DNA from: Chiloscyllium plagiosum
Taxonomy: Eukaryota
Direction of reading: 5' to 3'
Length of the DNA stretch: 64,000 bases
Assembly (NCBI RefSeq): GCF_004010195.1
Contig: NC_057734.1
Coordinates: forward strand, 28,955,990-29,019,989
Position 1 is the first letter of the stretch; the number at the start of each line of letters is the position of its first letter. The position numbers and the translations under genes are program-made. The notes under the pieces are model-generated. The model ran no database searches. It worked only from the letters and a program-made list of their open reading frames with translations, and was not told the DNA's origin. Of the stretch, positions 12,500-27,419 are shown one piece after another.

Positions 12500-15400
12500 T
12501 GCATTACTGTTAGTATGCAGTAGAAAATGTTAAATGAATGTTCTTAATGAATGCAGGGAACATAGGTGGACTTGTGAATTAGATTGAAAGATAGGTCAAC
12601 AGAGATGTGGTGCAGACATTTAAGGGAATATTTCAGAATACACTAGAATAAATGCATACTAATGTGAAAAAAAATTCATATGGGAGGACACACATCTGTG
12701 GTTAGCTAAAAAAAATTAAAGGTAGTATCAAACATAAAGAAAAAGGAGTAGTGGAGAAAAAGACTGGACAGAACATTTACAAAAGCATAGGATGATTAAA
12801 AATAAAACAGAAAAATTAGAGTATGAATGAACACTAGCTAAAAGTTTTAAAGCAGTAATAGGAGTTTCTATAGATATTTTAAAATAGAACAGAGTTAACA
12901 AAGTGAATATAGATCCTGCAAAAAGTGAGCCTGGTGATTAAAAGAAGAAAATAAGGGGATGGCAGATGAACTGAAAAGATATTTTGAGTTGTTGTTTACT
13001 AAAGGGGATACAAGTAATATCCCTGAAATAGCTGTACATCAGAAATAGGCCATTCAGCCCATTGAACTTTCCCCATCATTCTACATCATGGTTAATCATC
13101 TTCTCAATGCCATTTTCCTGAACTATCTCTACACCCCTTGATGTCAGCAGTCTCTAGCAACTTATCAATTTGTATCTTGGACCTGCTTAATGAATGAGTT
13201 TCCAAATCCCACTGGTGTAGAGATTTCCAAAGATTCAGAACCCATTTCAGATGAGAAATTCCTCCCATCTCAGATTTAAATGGCCTGTCCCTTACCCTGA
13301 GGTGAAGTTCCCCAGTTGTAGAGTCACCAGCCTGGGATACATGCTATCTATATCCACCCTATTTTGCAAAAAAGAATATTGTAAGTTTCAACGAGGTCAA
13401 CTTTCATTCTTTGAAACTCTTGACGATACAGACAGAATTCTCAGTTTCATCAATTAAGATAATCCCACCTTTCCATTAATTGACCTGGTGAATGTCCATC
13501 ATACTCCCTCAATGGCAAGTCTATCCTTCCTTAAATAAGGAATCCTAAACTATACACAATACTCCAGGTGAGCTCTCATCACGGTTTCACAGAACTGCGG
13601 CGAGATTTCTTTCTGTTTTAGTGACTCATAGACAAGAACACCCAGACCCTTTTGGGAAACCATACTTCCCAATCTCTCACTTTTTTTCCTATCATATTTG
13701 GATTGTACCCCATCTGCCGTGTTCTAGTGCATTCACTTCCTTGCATCCTCTCAACCTACATTCACACCCAGGTTGGTGTCGTCAGCAAATATGAAAATAT
13801 TACAATTGGTCACCACAAATTAATCATTTACATAGATTGTGAAGAGTTGAAAACGTAGCACTGAAACCTACAGTCCCCTACCAATAATAGCCAGCCATCC
13901 TGACTAGTGCTCATTTGTTCCCACTCCTTGCTTTCTGTTCATTAACAAGCTGTTCATCCATATTAGAGCATTCCCCTAACCCCATACGGTCTAATTTTTC
14001 TTTACTCACCTCCTATTTGGGACCATATCAAAAACCTTCTGAAAATCAAAGTACACTACACCCTCATTAGTTCTCCTCTGTATATGCTACAAGTAACATT
14101 ATTAAAAACTTTGTCAAACATCATTTCCCTATATTAAACCAATGTCAACCTGCTCAAGTTTGAATTATTTTCTAAATGGTGTTATCATATCCTCTATAGA
14201 CATTTTCTAAGCAAGCTATTCAGAGATATAATTACACACTTCTGGAGCGGATGGGACTTCAACACATCCTTTATAATAGATCCTAACATCTTCCATACTA
14301 TTGATGTCAACATTAAGGTCTGTAGTTCTCCTCTGTCCTTCTTTGCTTCTTAAAAATAGCATGGATACATTTGCTAACTTCAGTCAACAGGAACTTTTAC
14401 AGAATCTAATTTTGTTCCACTCTTCAGTTTAACAAGTCCCTCAGTTGTCTGGTGTTTCTTGGATTTTTTTTGCCTTCTCATGTGACAGATACATACAAAG
14501 TTACTGTTCATTTTTTTCTACCATTTCCTTGTTCTTTACAATAAGTTTCCAGTTTCCACAGTAATGGGCCCACGTATATTCATGCCAAATTATTTAGATT
14601 TTAGACATTAATTGAAACTTTTACAGTCCACTTTTATGTTCCTCACTTTCACATTCTGTTTTTCCTTTCTTTATCAGTTTCTTGGTCCTCCTTTGCTGGC
14701 TTGTAAATTGTTCCCAATCCTTAGGCTTACCATTCTTTCTGGTGTTCTTACAAACCTCATCCTTTAATCAAATGCAACTTTTAACTTCTTTTGTTTGGGT
14801 GGATCACATGTTCCCATTGAGTCCTTGTGCTTCTGAGGAAAGTATATCTACTGTAAACTTTAATATATGAGCTATTGCCTATCTCTCATCAAATCTTTTA
14901 GAGTATTTTCCAAATCCAGCCTCATCAGCTTGCCCTTCATACCCACACAGTCTTAATTTTGTGATGCTGAAGAAACTTGAGAGATTACAATCAACAGGAA
15001 AATGATACTGAATAAATCAATGAACCTTTGGACTGACAAGTCCCTGGGTCCTGATGGGCTTCATCCTGAGTGTTAAAAGAAGTGGAAGGTACAAAATCAT
15101 AATACCGACATAGTGAAAGATTGTAGAGGTCTGAAATGCAGAAGAATCCAGGTGTTCTCATACATGAATCACACAAGGTTAATATGCCGGAACAGTTACT
15201 GAAATATTTATTGTGAGGGAAATTAACACTGAAATGGGGAGATTATGCTTCAGTTATACAGGGAATTGGGGGAAGCCATATCTGGAATCTTTCTACAGTG
15301 TTGGCCTCCTTATTAACACAAAGATATAAATGTATTAGAAGCAGCTCAGAGAAGATTTGCAAGACTAATACCTGGAATTGGTCGGTTGTCATCCGAAGAA

Positions 15401-15770
15401 ACACTGGACCAGCTAAGCATGTATCCAATAGAGTTTAGAACAGTAAGAGGGTGTATATATTTATTGAAGGATAAAAGATTCCAAGGAGTTTTGATGGGGT
15501 GGATGCAGAAAGGATGGTTTCTCTTGTTGGAGGATCTAGAATTACTGTTTAAAAATAAGGAATCGCCCATTTACATCAGAGATTAGGAGAATGTTTATTC
15601 AGCTTTTGGACATATCTTTTTCAAAAGGCAAATGGCAGCAGAATCCTTGACTATTCAAAGCAATGGTTGACTGATAGGTGATGAGTAAAGGGGTGAAAGG
15701 TTTTCAAAACAGACAGAAATGTTGAGCAAGGTGCATTGTGGCCTATTTCTTCCTGCTAATTTGTCTGTTT
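12500..15770. mobile_element. Cluster of nested old CR1 fragments on both strands
   Basis: Plus-strand linker ~12500-13040, minus-strand 3' end and RT ~13045-14950, plus-strand KSLGPDG and 3' region ~14960-15770. Confidence 0.65.
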
Positions 15771-17214
15771 GTGTGAAGGTAGCTTTTCTGGGGATGAGAA
15801 AAGATCATCTTGATTTGAAAGATGCTATGTAACTCTAAGTTTTTATTATGCGTCACAGTTATCCTTTGATATTGACATAAATAAATAAAATCAGGCGATT
15901 TCTATAACCTTTGCAAAAGCAATGAGTTTTGTGCCTGGACAGCAGATATCTTAAATATTAATACCTCGGTGAATAAAATATCTTGAGTGAAAGAATAATT
16001 CTCACTGCTGTAGATGAACAACGTTGCATTGTGCCTCACAGCATTTACTGTACATCACACAGAGTTTATTATCTCCATTATATATGACCTTTTGGGGAAA
16101 TCAGGCTCCAAGAAGAATATCTCTCAATTCTGTAAGTTGAGAGGAAGTTGCGAATAAAATACAAAGATATTCTGCTGGGCACTGGCTTCTGTTTAAGCAG
16201 TGGGTTATTCGATCAAACATAAAGTCACCACCATGTGCCACAATTACAAATTGTGCTTTGTGGAAATGCTGTAATATTGGGTGAGATGGACATGGGGGTG
16301 GGATGTTAAGCTCAGGCTCCAAACACCCTTCAGATGAACTTACAATATTCAAAGGCATTGTTTCGCAAAAGAAAGCTGAGGAGTTATTCCCAGTGTGATG
16401 GTCAAAGGGAAGCCCTGAATCAGCATTGCAAAAAAAAAGACTGCATTGCTCTTTGTAGAGAACAAATCCATTTACTTTTAAAACAAATGAAATTGTTGAT
16501 TGGAACATTCACATGGAATTAAATTAGAAGCTGAGATATCACAAATGAACTTTTAAAAATAAGTTAAAATGTATAGTTTCATACTGTAATGGATAAATTT
16601 AACATTCAACAAAAGTTGCCTCCCTGAGGGCAGTGAGATGGTTTAGCAGTAATTATGAACTTACTACAGTTTTAAAAACCCAGTTACATCTCATTCAACA
16701 ATGTGCCACTAACTTAAGAGTCTTTACATTGAACTCGACAGTGTAAAAGTGGAATTGCTTTTCAGTTCAATGATTTCTAACTGTTTGCAGCCTGGAGGTT
16801 CTGTAAAAGCATTCCATCTGGAAAGCCATTGCATTAGTTACAGCAACTTCTGGATTTCCATGTTAAACCATGCAGACTCCAGGAACTGGATTGTCACCAC
16901 GGAGGTAGAAGACAGGTGTCGTGTCTGTCTGTGTTTCGGAAATATGCTTCTGGAGGAAAATGGGCTTCAGTTCAGTCTTTTACAGGAGTGATCCCTTAAC
17001 TGATATGGACACAGCTTTCCTGTCCATTTGGAGTAAAAGGGGAGAGGAATGGAGGTGGTCACGTGAAGTTTGAACCTTATTAGACACCCACAACTAATAT
17101 TGTTGGCTGTCCTGAGGGATTAATCTGCAGATACTGCCAGATCCTTCCAGACCATCACAGGGAAATGCAATGTTACAGAAGAATGAGAGACTGGTAACCA
17201 GGAAGGACAGGAGA

Positions 17215-17838
17215 TGTGACAATACTATGGCTTTAAGAGGTGTATTTTGTCCTTTTTATGTAGAAAGATTGAGTCAAAGGTTCCAAGCAATCTGCTCCAA
17301 AGCCAATAAAGTAAACAGCTTGTGAGGCCTTGGGGTTTTTTTTAAGTTGGAACAATAGAAGCAGCCTGAAAGGGTATGGCCATTGTCCCACAGAACCAGA
17401 ATTTCTTTTTAGTTTTAGCTTTCTGCAGTTGTTGGGGTTTTGAAGCTGGATATGAAGCTCTTATTCTTCTCTCTGTTACAGCTAAATGCTGGGGTTCTCT
17501 TCCTGTTGCTCAAATTACATATGAGACAATCTATTTTACTGAATTTGCCTTTGTCAAGGGTGTGCTTATGGGATGTTATGAAATTGGAACAGTTAATTAG
17601 TTGTAGTTATGTGTTATTAAGTATTCAAATAGAGTTACAGTTAAGTTAATTCTTTTATTTTGTCTGTAGTTTAATTATAGTGTACGAAAAAAGAGTGTTT
17701 TGTTTCAAGTCTAGTAGTTTGACCAATTGAATTGCATCTGGAACACAATGCCTTACACTTACCTCTAAAATAAGAAACAGTTCGGGTTGAGGCTACCTTC
17801 TAAATATGTTTTGAGAGGGTTAGGTCTGGTCCATAACA
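17215..17838 (+). mobile_element. Probable solo LTR
   Basis: Starts TGTGAC, ends ATAACA (TG...CA), 624 bp, flanked by gaga (17211-17214) and gagg (17839-17842), a 4-bp TSD with 1 mismatch. Confidence 0.65.
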
Positions 17839-18696
17839 GAGGGAAATCCTCTTCCCAAGGGATAGCAGAAGGGAACCACCTCATTGTGTCGCAGAGACAC
17901 AGCTCTGCTTAGTGTCACTGTCACCTGCCTCAAACTCTTCTTCCTCCATTACCTGCTTTGCTGCCTGATGAACTGTTCCCTTTCAGAACCTCTCCTTCCT
18001 CAAAAGGTTCATAGCCTTTATGAAGGGCCACAGAGAGTGCAGCAGAACATCACTATACTCAAGATCCTTGCAAGAGGCATCAGCCCAGGGATCCACAAAC
18101 TAGATCAGTGCACATCGAGCTTGCGATGTACCATCACATTCAGAACTGATGTGCTGTCCAGTATTGGTGAACAGGGCATCTGTCAAGCCAGTATGCGGGA
18201 TGACACAGATGCAAAGTTATTTCTTGAAAGGTATGTAATTCTGAAGAAACTTCAGGATCACCGTGATCCCGACTGATATTGGCAGGGCATGGTAATCAGC
18301 AGCGATAGCTGATGAGGGCACAGAAATGTGTGCCCATCTACCTACAGGCTGGTCCTCAGGAGCCAAAATAGACTAATCAATGTTAATACAATGCTTCAAG
18401 AGCAGGTCAAAGGCTGGAAACTATATGGCTCCCACAAACCTGTCCACTATTGACAAGACAGAAGTCGAGAATGAATGCAGCAATGCTGAGAAAGCTTGGC
18501 TTCAGCCAAGCCAATGTAATCTCCTTGACTGACAATACATCCACAACCTGGAACATTCACTGTCCCCACCACCAACATCCAGTGGCAACAGTATATAGAA
18601 AATGCAATGCAACGACTATCCAAGATGCCCTCAACAGCATGCTTCCAACTCTTGACATCCAACAGCTGGAAGGACAAGGCAGTATAACTGTTTGAG

Positions 18697-19034
18697 AACA
18701 TGGCATGGTGGCTCAGTGGTTAGCATTGCTGCCTCACTGCTCCAGGGATCCAAGTTCAATTCTACCCTCAGGCGTGAAGTTTGCATGTACTCCTGTGTCT
18801 GTGTGGTTTTTCGTCTGGGTGCTCTGGTTTCCTCCCACTCCAAAAGACTTACAGGTTCAGTGGGTTGGCCATGGTAAATTACCTCATAATATCCAGGGAT
18901 GTGCAGGCTTGGTGGATTAGCCATAGGGAATACAGGGTGACAGGGCGGGTTTGGGTGAGAAGCTCTTTGGAGTGTCAATGTGGACTTGATGGTGTAATGG
19001 CCTGTTTCCACACTGTTGGGATTCTATTCTATGA
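18697..19034 (+). mobile_element. HE1 SINE
   Basis: ggtggctcagtggttagcattgctgcctca head; cctgtttccacactg...attctattctatga tail. Confidence 0.9.
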
Positions 19035-19181
19035 TCACCTGCAAGTACCCACCCTCACCAAGTGAGAACACACCATCCTGACTTGGAACTATACAGTCAT
19101 TCCTTCAATGTCACTGGGTCAAACTCCTGGAGCTCCCTTCTTATGAATACCATGATACCAACTTGACATGGACTGCTACAG

Positions 19182-19261
19182 AAGAAGGGCTTATGCTTCG
19201 ATTCTCCTGCTTCTTGGATGCTACCTGACCTGCTGCACTTTTCCAGCAACACATTTTTCAG
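19182..19261 (+). mobile_element. PLE family A solo tail-less arm
   Basis: aagaagggcttatgc...ttccagcaacacatttttcag flanked by the direct repeat ctgctacag (19173-19181, 19262-19270). Confidence 0.75.
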
Positions 19262-19855
19262 CTGCTACAGCTCAATAAGGCAGCTCATCACCACATTTTT
19301 AAGGGCAGTTAAGAATAGGAAATAATTGCTGGCACAGCCAGGGATTCCACATTCATGATCAAAACAAAGATAAAAGCTCATGCATCCTCACTTCTGCCTG
19401 TAGGTCCTGCACTCGGAGTAATGTCTTCACATTACTCCTCTGACATTCAGATGTTTGGCATTGCACCCTTCCTTTGCTAGCTATCTCCAAAGGCCTTGTT
19501 TTTGAAGACTACAGTACCAGCTTCTCGCTGTTTCCTTCCAAGTGTCAGGTAGAGGCGAAACAGCCTTGTTCACTCCTCCAATGCCCATACAACCCCCTGA
19601 ACTGACAAATTCTTGAACGCCGACTGTGCTCCAAACTGGTGAAGGGCTGCTCCAACTGCACCTCAATGGAATAAGCCCTTTAGCCTGTGAACAACATCGT
19701 ACTGACTTGCAGATACTTTCCAGGCCTCCCTGTTGCACCTCAACTTGCTCCATACCTTCTTTCAGCTACTTGGAAACACGCAGTTCCGGAAGGCTAGCCA
19801 CCTCCAACTAATCCTGACATCTTTAGGATGATTGTTTTAAAATAAAAAAAACACG

Positions 19856-19950
19856 CATTCTGAAGAAGGGGTCACTGAAATGTTAACTCTGTTTCTCTCT
19901 TCACAGATGCTGCCAGACCTACTGAGTTTCTCCATTTCTTTGTGTTTTGG
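19856..19950 (+). mobile_element. Old PLE family A-related terminus
   Basis: ttctgaagaaggggtcactgaaatgttaactc (decayed hammerhead) followed by cagatgctgccagacct. Confidence 0.6.
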
Positions 19951-22119
19951 TCTTAAATGATCTTAACTGGGCACAAAAAGGAGTTTGGAAATTTTACAGA
20001 GGCCCCTCTCCCCATGCCTCCACAAAAACCTTGGACAAGCTGAATGGAGATGGGACATTGGCATTCAAGCAGTATTCACAATTCTTGCCGACTGATTGTC
20101 TCCATTCAGCTTGCAAATTCCAAACCTTGAAGGTATCCATGGGTTTCAAAGGAACGATGATAGCAATCACCAACAGCTTCATGTCATTACTACTTCTAAA
20201 TTTGGCCCACTTGCTGTGTTTCTCTCTCCACCAGTACTGCCCGACCTGCTGAATACTGCATTCATAGCATTTTCTTTTTCTATCCTGGCAAAAAGTTAAG
20301 TGAGATTTGGAACTTGCTTCGTGACCAATTAAAAGGTGAAGCTGAAACTTTCCACTCAACAGTAGTATTTTTTTCAATAATGTTTTCCCTTTGAACATTT
20401 CAAGATCAATTTGTTGAGTAGACCAATGCTTGTGAAATTAATAACCTGCTCTTGATACACAATGCCTGTCATGCCAACAAATTAGAAACTAAAACATTGG
20501 CCCTGATGACTGGAATATAACTAAATTCTGAATGCTCCACCATGGCCAATTGTTGTATCTTTTATTTTCGAAGTGGGATTCCTTACTTGTATCACTATTA
20601 ATCACCATGAAATATCACATAATTTGTCATTCAAACAAGATGAAAGAAAAGACATTTTTGAGAACTTGCAATAAATTGGCTTCATTTGGGGCATTTGAAT
20701 GGTGGAAATTTGACAATTGGGCTTTTTTCCAATCTCTGAACAGTCACCATTAATAAAACAGAAAGAAGTAAATAATTTGATTCGAAGCACAACTGAATCA
20801 GCTTTCAAGACCTGGCCTGATTGCAGTTAATTTCCCTCAGGGCAGTGCGAAGAAAAATTAAAGTAACTGGACTAAAACCAATTTAACTTCAAGCTACATG
20901 GTAAATGGACTTGACAAAAAAAACTGAGACAGTATTATATGGCCAAATTTATCTGGATAGTTACAGAAATACATTAATCCAAAACTAAGGTGTATTTCAA
21001 ATACTAAACATGAGCTTGAAGACATCAGAATCCTTTTGGTATGATAGGGCATTATCAATGTTCTAATTATTATTATTTTTATGTGCAAAGAGACAGTGAT
21101 GTATGAGCTGGAACATTTATCTGCTGAAAGCTGAGAAGAGTTTGTCTAGAGTTCATCTCCACAGAAAGCTTTTTATGCACTAGAATAATATCAAATTGCA
21201 TATTGCCTCATTCATTCTTTGATCGAGTCTGATCTCAAAAAAGGCCAAATGCTCATTCCGACTTTGTAGCTGATTGGATGCATGCGCTTTTAAATATCAA
21301 CCAGCTTCCGGATTATATAATGATACGATGGAACATAGTTGCTATGCTATCCATAAATCAATGATAACCTTTGAATTGTCTCATTCTATATTTTAATAAA
21401 GCACCGATATGCCTCCTGAGAATTCTATTGTTGAGGATGATAGTTCACGTACTGCAAGCTGTTAACCCAAGCCAAGTATCCTCCTTGGCTTGACGCACAT
21501 ACCTGCTTATTAACTCCTAGAGTATTAACTACCAGAATAAGATGATTTCCACTTTATTCTAGCAGTATTACAATCTCAGCCAATAGACATATATACCTCA
21601 GTGCCCTCTTTTTTCAGTTTGTCTGTATTCTATAATCTGCAGAATCTACAAGATGAGAGAGTATTAAAGGATTTAGAACTTACTTCTTATTTAAATCAGT
21701 TGTAAGTGGAGCCTCAGTAGCTTTCATTTGCTGAAGATATCACAACATGGTCATGTGAAGAATGTATTCCACATATCCATCATATTGCACAAGTCAGCTT
21801 ATGTTTTATCAACGCAAATCAGGTATTAGATTCCATATATGGCTATGTCTTCCTCCATAAGTATTTTTATTGTATTACAGGAGGTCTGACTTCTGACTTT
21901 TTATTTAATGTACACAATAAGAATCCGCAAACACCATGGCTACTTACTTGTTATGCGTTACACCTTACCGAGGGTGTACCATTTTCAACAAGGTCTACTG
22001 GTGGAATATTGTACCCTCCTCCATTGTAAGATTAGTGATGGAGGTATTATTTAATCAGGTGGAGAGAACACTGCTTTCCTTGAACAGCCTTCCTACCCTG
22101 CCACTAATGCCCAATTAAG

Positions 22120-23000
22120 ATTATTAATGACCAAAAGCTGACCACACCTGCTCCAACAGCAGTACAGTGACAAGACCAGGACAGGCCTCTGATAGGTGTC
22201 TCACCTCTTCATCCCTCAGATCCTTCCACAATTCAACAAAGCCCAAGGAAGAAACATGATAAAATGTACATCACTTCTCTGAAGGTGTAAAACTGCAACA
22301 ACATTCAAGAAGCTCAATGCCATTCAAACTGATACAACGGGTTTATTGTTGTCACTAAAATCCATCCCCTTCACCCCACACTGTGCTGTAACATATGATG
22401 TCTACAGAGTTATTTCGGCATCTGTCCCTTCCCTCCAACATCTAACAAGCTTGAAGAACAACAACAGTAAATGTTGGGGAGATACAACCATTTCCAATTC
22501 GCCTCTCTTGAATATACACTATTATTCCTTCATTGTCATAGAATCATCACAGAATCTCTATGGTGTGGAAGCAGGCCATTCAGCCCATCGAGTCCACACT
22601 GACCATTCAAAGAGCATCCTACCCCTCCTACCCTATCCCTGTAACCCTGCATTTCCCGCGGCCAATCCACCTGACCTGCACATCTTTGAACTGAGGGTGG
22701 AAACTGGCGTGCCCAGAGGAAACCCACACAGACACAGGAAGAACATACAAACTCCATGCAGATACTTGCCTGAGGCTGGAATTGAATGTACATCCTTGGT
22801 GCTGTGAGGCAGCAGCGCTAACCACTGAGTCACCACGTCATCCCTAGCCATAATCGTGGAAAGCCCTAATGTAATTGTGGGAGAATCACCCCTATAAGCA
22901 TGGTAGTGAATCAAAGGCAAAACCCAGCATTGCCTCCAAGAAGAAGGCAATAAATATAGCCTTGTTCATGTCACCCACATCTTAAGAATGATTACAAAAA
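22120..23000 (+). mobile_element. Family X non-LTR 3' region interrupted by HE1
   Basis: caacaacattcaagaagctcaatgccattca...tattccttcattgtc...aaggcaataaat...cccacatc. Confidence 0.5.
22537..22843 (-). mobile_element. HE1 SINE
   Basis: Reverse complement of the head (gctgtgaggcagcagcgctaaccactgag) and tail (catagaatc). Confidence 0.9.
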
Positions 23001-24821
23001 GAAGACTAGCACAGAGGAAAATTAGCAGCAACTGAGGAAAATCCCGTGACACAGACTGTTCGAGCCTCTCTGCCAAGATAGAACACTGTAAACCTTTGGA
23101 AGCTTAATGAGAAGATGAAAATAGAGACAGTAAAAATAATAATGAAAAATAAGTGTTCTATAGGATCTTGAGAATTACCTTAGCACTAGATTTCAGATCC
23201 CAAAGGTCTCAATAGGACACTGCACCTGCAGCTGTATATAACATGGAGAATGTGTTTGATGTTGAGGTGTATGATAGAAGCTGTCAACATAGCCCATGAC
23301 ACTGTAATACAGTTGTTAACTACTTTGATATTAACAATGGGCCCTTCTAAAGCAACAAAAAATATCAGGATCCTTTTCTGCTGTTTTGAGAAATCTGCTC
23401 AACACCACTGCACGATTTGGATTAGACACTGTACCCGTGTATAAATTAGACCACTAATTCCACAGTCAGCATTTCAGTACCCATGGTGATTTCAAGGTTT
23501 AGTTTAGAACATACATGGGGTGTGAGTTGCTTGCTGGAGTTTATGGTAGGCTATTTAAAAGAAACATATAAATGAAGCAAAATCTCTCATCACGTGGTTG
23601 CCTGGGTAAAGAGGACCACACAGTCAATGTAGATTAAAACTAACAAAACAATTCCTTTCAAATATCAGGTTTATTTTTGGTGGGGGTGGTGGAGAGGGGG
23701 TCTGTCAGGATTAAATCATATCAATCAAGAAGACTCATCAACAACCAACACACCAAGAAGAATAGCACAGTGATATTTTTAGGAAGTTTTAGATTTGATC
23801 ATATGTTAAATCTCTGAACTTATACCTCCACAATTAACACGATGCACAGTGAACCGTGGAAATCATTATCCATGAAGCCATGTTTTACATTTCATTGAAA
23901 AATTCCATCCATTTTGGCACAAACAATTATAATCATTAATTTAAATATATCACTGTGTTTGTGGCAGATTACCTCTTAGAGAAACAGCAAAGGAGGATCC
24001 TTCTGCCAAGAAACACCAACATCCCTTTGACGTGGAGCAAATGCAAGAATTCTTTGAAATAAAGACGGCAGAGGTGCTTGTGCTTTAAGATATTGATCTC
24101 CAAGTTTTAAATTAACATGTCTTTGTTAACAAAACAAATCTCAAGTAAACTGCAATTGAAGAACAGTTTGTATCATTAGCATCATGGACTAGTGGAACAA
24201 TGGAAAACACTATATCATACAATATTTAACAAAAAGATGTGAAGGTAGGCGATATTCTGATGTAAACTTGGATCCAGCAAATATATTCTCCTTCATTCTA
24301 GCCACCTGCACTGTTGAAGTAACCTCAAATAAGCAGTTGCCTTGTTATTAGCTCATTTCAACAGACAGAGAGTCAATGTACCATTGTGCCTGTCTTCTGA
24401 TCACCTTGTTGGCTAGTACTGGAATAAAGAAAGAAATTCAAGATCATCTGACAATAAATAAAAGCACAAATGGAGGGTTCATGAAACCAGGTAGTACTTT
24501 GCATAATTGTCAGAATTTCTTTTGAGGTGGAACAGAACCAGTTGTTCAGGGAGTCACATCTTGACTTTGACAAAAATGTCATGAAGTCACCTACAGGATC
24601 TCAATAGTTAAAGAGGTCCTAAAAAAAGGTATAAATTTGTGTTTTTTTTTAACTATTTCTCAGGAAAGTGAACTTGTTGCTATTACCAATAGTTCCTGAT
24701 GGGTACTGCAATGACTACAGTTCCTCAAAGATCAATCCTATTTTCAAAACTAAATCTTCTAATCAAATAGTTTGAAAGGAAAGTTTATCAATTTGTCAAT
24801 GACACATTTAGTAAGAGAAGT

Positions 24822-26418
24822 TCAGAGGAGGAGGTATTGGGTGTCTTAAAACACAGTAAGGTGCATAAATGCCCAGGACCTGATCAGGTTTATGCTAGAA
24901 TTCTGTGGGAAGCTAGGGAAGTGATTGCTGGGCCCCTTACTGAGATATTTGTATCATAAATAGCCACAGGTGAGGTGCCAGAAGACTGGAGGTTGGCAAA
25001 CGTGGCATCATTATTTAAGAAAGGTGGGAAGGAAAAGACAGGGAACTATAGACCGGTGAGCCTAACCTCAGTGGTGGGCAAGTTGTTGGAAGGAATCCTG
25101 AGGGATAGGATTTACATGTATTTGAAAAGACAAGGACTGATTAGAAATAGTCAGCATGGCTTTGTGCATGGGAAATCATGTCTCATAAACTTGATTGAGT
25201 TTTTTGAAGAAGTAACAAAGAGATTGATGAGCGCAGAACATTGGACATGATCTATATGGACTTCAGTAAGGCATTTGGCAAGGTTCCTCAAGGGAGACTG
25301 ATTAGCAAGGTTGGATCACATGGAATACAGGGAGAACAAGCCATTTAGATACAGAACTGGCTCAAAGATAGAAGACAGAGGGTAATGGTGGAGGGTTGTT
25401 TTTCAGACTGGAGGCCTGTGACCAGTGGAGTACCACAAGGATCAGTGCTGGGTCCAATACTTTTCATCATTTATATAAATGATTTGGATGTGTGCAGAAG
25501 AGATATAGTTATTAATTTTGCAAATGACACCAAAATTGGAGGTGTAGTGGACAGCGAAGGAGGTTACCTCAGCATACAATGGGACCTTGATCAGATGGAC
25601 CAATGGACTGACAAGTGGCAGACGGAAGTCAATTTAGATAAATGTGAAGTGCTGCATTTTGGACAGACAAATCGGGGCAGGACTTGTCCACTTAATGGTA
25701 AGGTCCTGGGGACTGTTGCAGAACAAAGAGGCCTTGGAGTGCAGATTCATTGTTCCTTGAAAGTGGAGTCACAGGTAGGATAGTGAAGAAGGTATTTTCC
25801 TTTATTGGTTAGAGCATTGAATATAGAAGTTGGGAGGTCATGTTGCAGCTGTACAGGACATTGGCTAGACCACTTTTGGAATATTGCATTTAATTCTGGT
25901 CTCCTTCCTATCAAAAGGATGTTGGGAAACTTGAAAGGGCTTAGAAAGGATTTAAAAGGATATTGCCAGGGTTGGATGATTTGAGTTATAGGGAGAGGCC
26001 GAATAAGCTGGGGCTGTTTTTCCTGGTGCGTTGGAGGCTGAGAGGTGACCTTACAGAGGTTTATAAAATCATGAGTGGCATGGATATGGTAAATAGACAA
26101 GATTTTTTTCCCCTGGGGTGAGAGAGTCCAGAATGAGAGGGCATAGGTTTAGGGTGAGAGAGGGAAAATGTAAAAGAGACCTAAGGGGCAAATCTTTCAC
26201 ACAGAGGGTGGTGCGTGCATGGAATGAGCTGCAAGAGGAGTGGTGGAGGCTGGTACAATTATAACATTTAAAAGGCATCTGGATAGGCATATGAATAGGA
26301 AGGCTTTAGAGAGATATGTGCCAAGTACTGGCAAATGGGACTACATTCGTCTAGTCGGCATGGATAGGTTGGACTGAAGGATTTATTTCTGTGCTGTACA
26401 TCTCTATGACTCTATGAC
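24822..26418 (+). mobile_element. HER1/CR1 LINE, 5'-truncated, RT to 3' tail
   Basis: ORFs 24975-25250 and 25385-25783 (NYRPVSLTSVVGK, SGVPQGSVLGP, FANDTKIGG); 3' end (ctctatga)n. Confidence 0.95.
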
Positions 26419-27419
26419 AAAATAACTGAAGTAATTAAAGGTTTATTGAGGCCAACTGGAGGAGGCCTGTAGCCAGCCTCTCAATGGCAGATCAAGGAGC
26501 TGTTGTGAGATTAAAAACTTGCTACAGCTCATCATGGTATCCTTACTGGATCTGCCATCAAAGTACTCTTTCCTGAGAATCTCGGAGGGATCTACACAAC
26601 TTGCTTGGCCGGGTGTGGTACAGGAAAACCACTTGCTAGTCTAATGCTAATTTGGGCTCTTATATTGAACACATACAGTTTGTTGAATGATAGCAACAAG
26701 TTACATTGGTATGATACACATTTCATTGAGACCATGGGCATACTCATTTCAAATCCAAAATTGATCCTGCAACACCACTCCCACCCCTCTCCCAAGTCAA
26801 TACAACATCACCAAATTGGATGTCTTCAATGTCCCTCCAATATTACCTGCTTCATACCACTGTATCCTCATGCAGCAGGAACCAAAACTCTGGGTAGGTT
26901 TAGATGTCCAATGTGCCTACTTGGATTTTGTGGTGATACAGCTGAAAATGTTTTCATTTTAAATTTGAGAAATGTGGACACAGATGCACTTTCATTTGGA
27001 CCCACGACATCCTGCTGCTTCTTCGAAGGTAGATGATCTTCTATTGGCCCTCCAGCTTAAAAGAATCTCTCCACTGTCCTTCATTGGTTGGCAAACCCAT
27101 CATCTGACTATTAGCTAGCCTACTAAGGTGAGGGCCTGTTTTCTCCACAGTACTGGCTTCTGACCCTCATTTCAGACTGACAGTGGGATCCGCAAAACCA
27201 CAGGAGAATCCTGCCCCAGCTTTTCACCACAACAGCCGAAACTCAGTTCAGCCCTGCTCTGGAATCAAAGAATGAAAAGCAGGTCATGTCAGTGCCAAAC
27301 CTTTACAATAGCTCATCCCAGTCCCCTGCTCTTTCCCTGCAGCCCTGTAGAATTTTCTCCTTTGACTGTTCACTCTCTCACTCAAAACAAATATCAGAAT
27401 TCAGCACCACTCCAGAATG

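Larger units (their letters stand above)
18340..19370 (+). mobile_element. Family X non-LTR 3' region hosting HE1 and PLE insertions
   Basis: cacctgcaagt...catcctgacttggaactata...aaggcagctcatcaccac...aagggcagttaag. Confidence 0.65.

Noticed and set aside
16101-20398. ORFs of 126-135 aa (16101, 17884, 18631, 19994) and similar short ORFs elsewhere
   Set aside because: No recognisable domains; several overlap repeats or start at alternative codons; lengths are compatible with chance
23969-24074. Possible coding exon LPLRETAKEDPSAKKHQHPFDVEQMQEFFEIKTAE
   Set aside because: Weak splice signals, no recognisable protein similarity, no partner exons found
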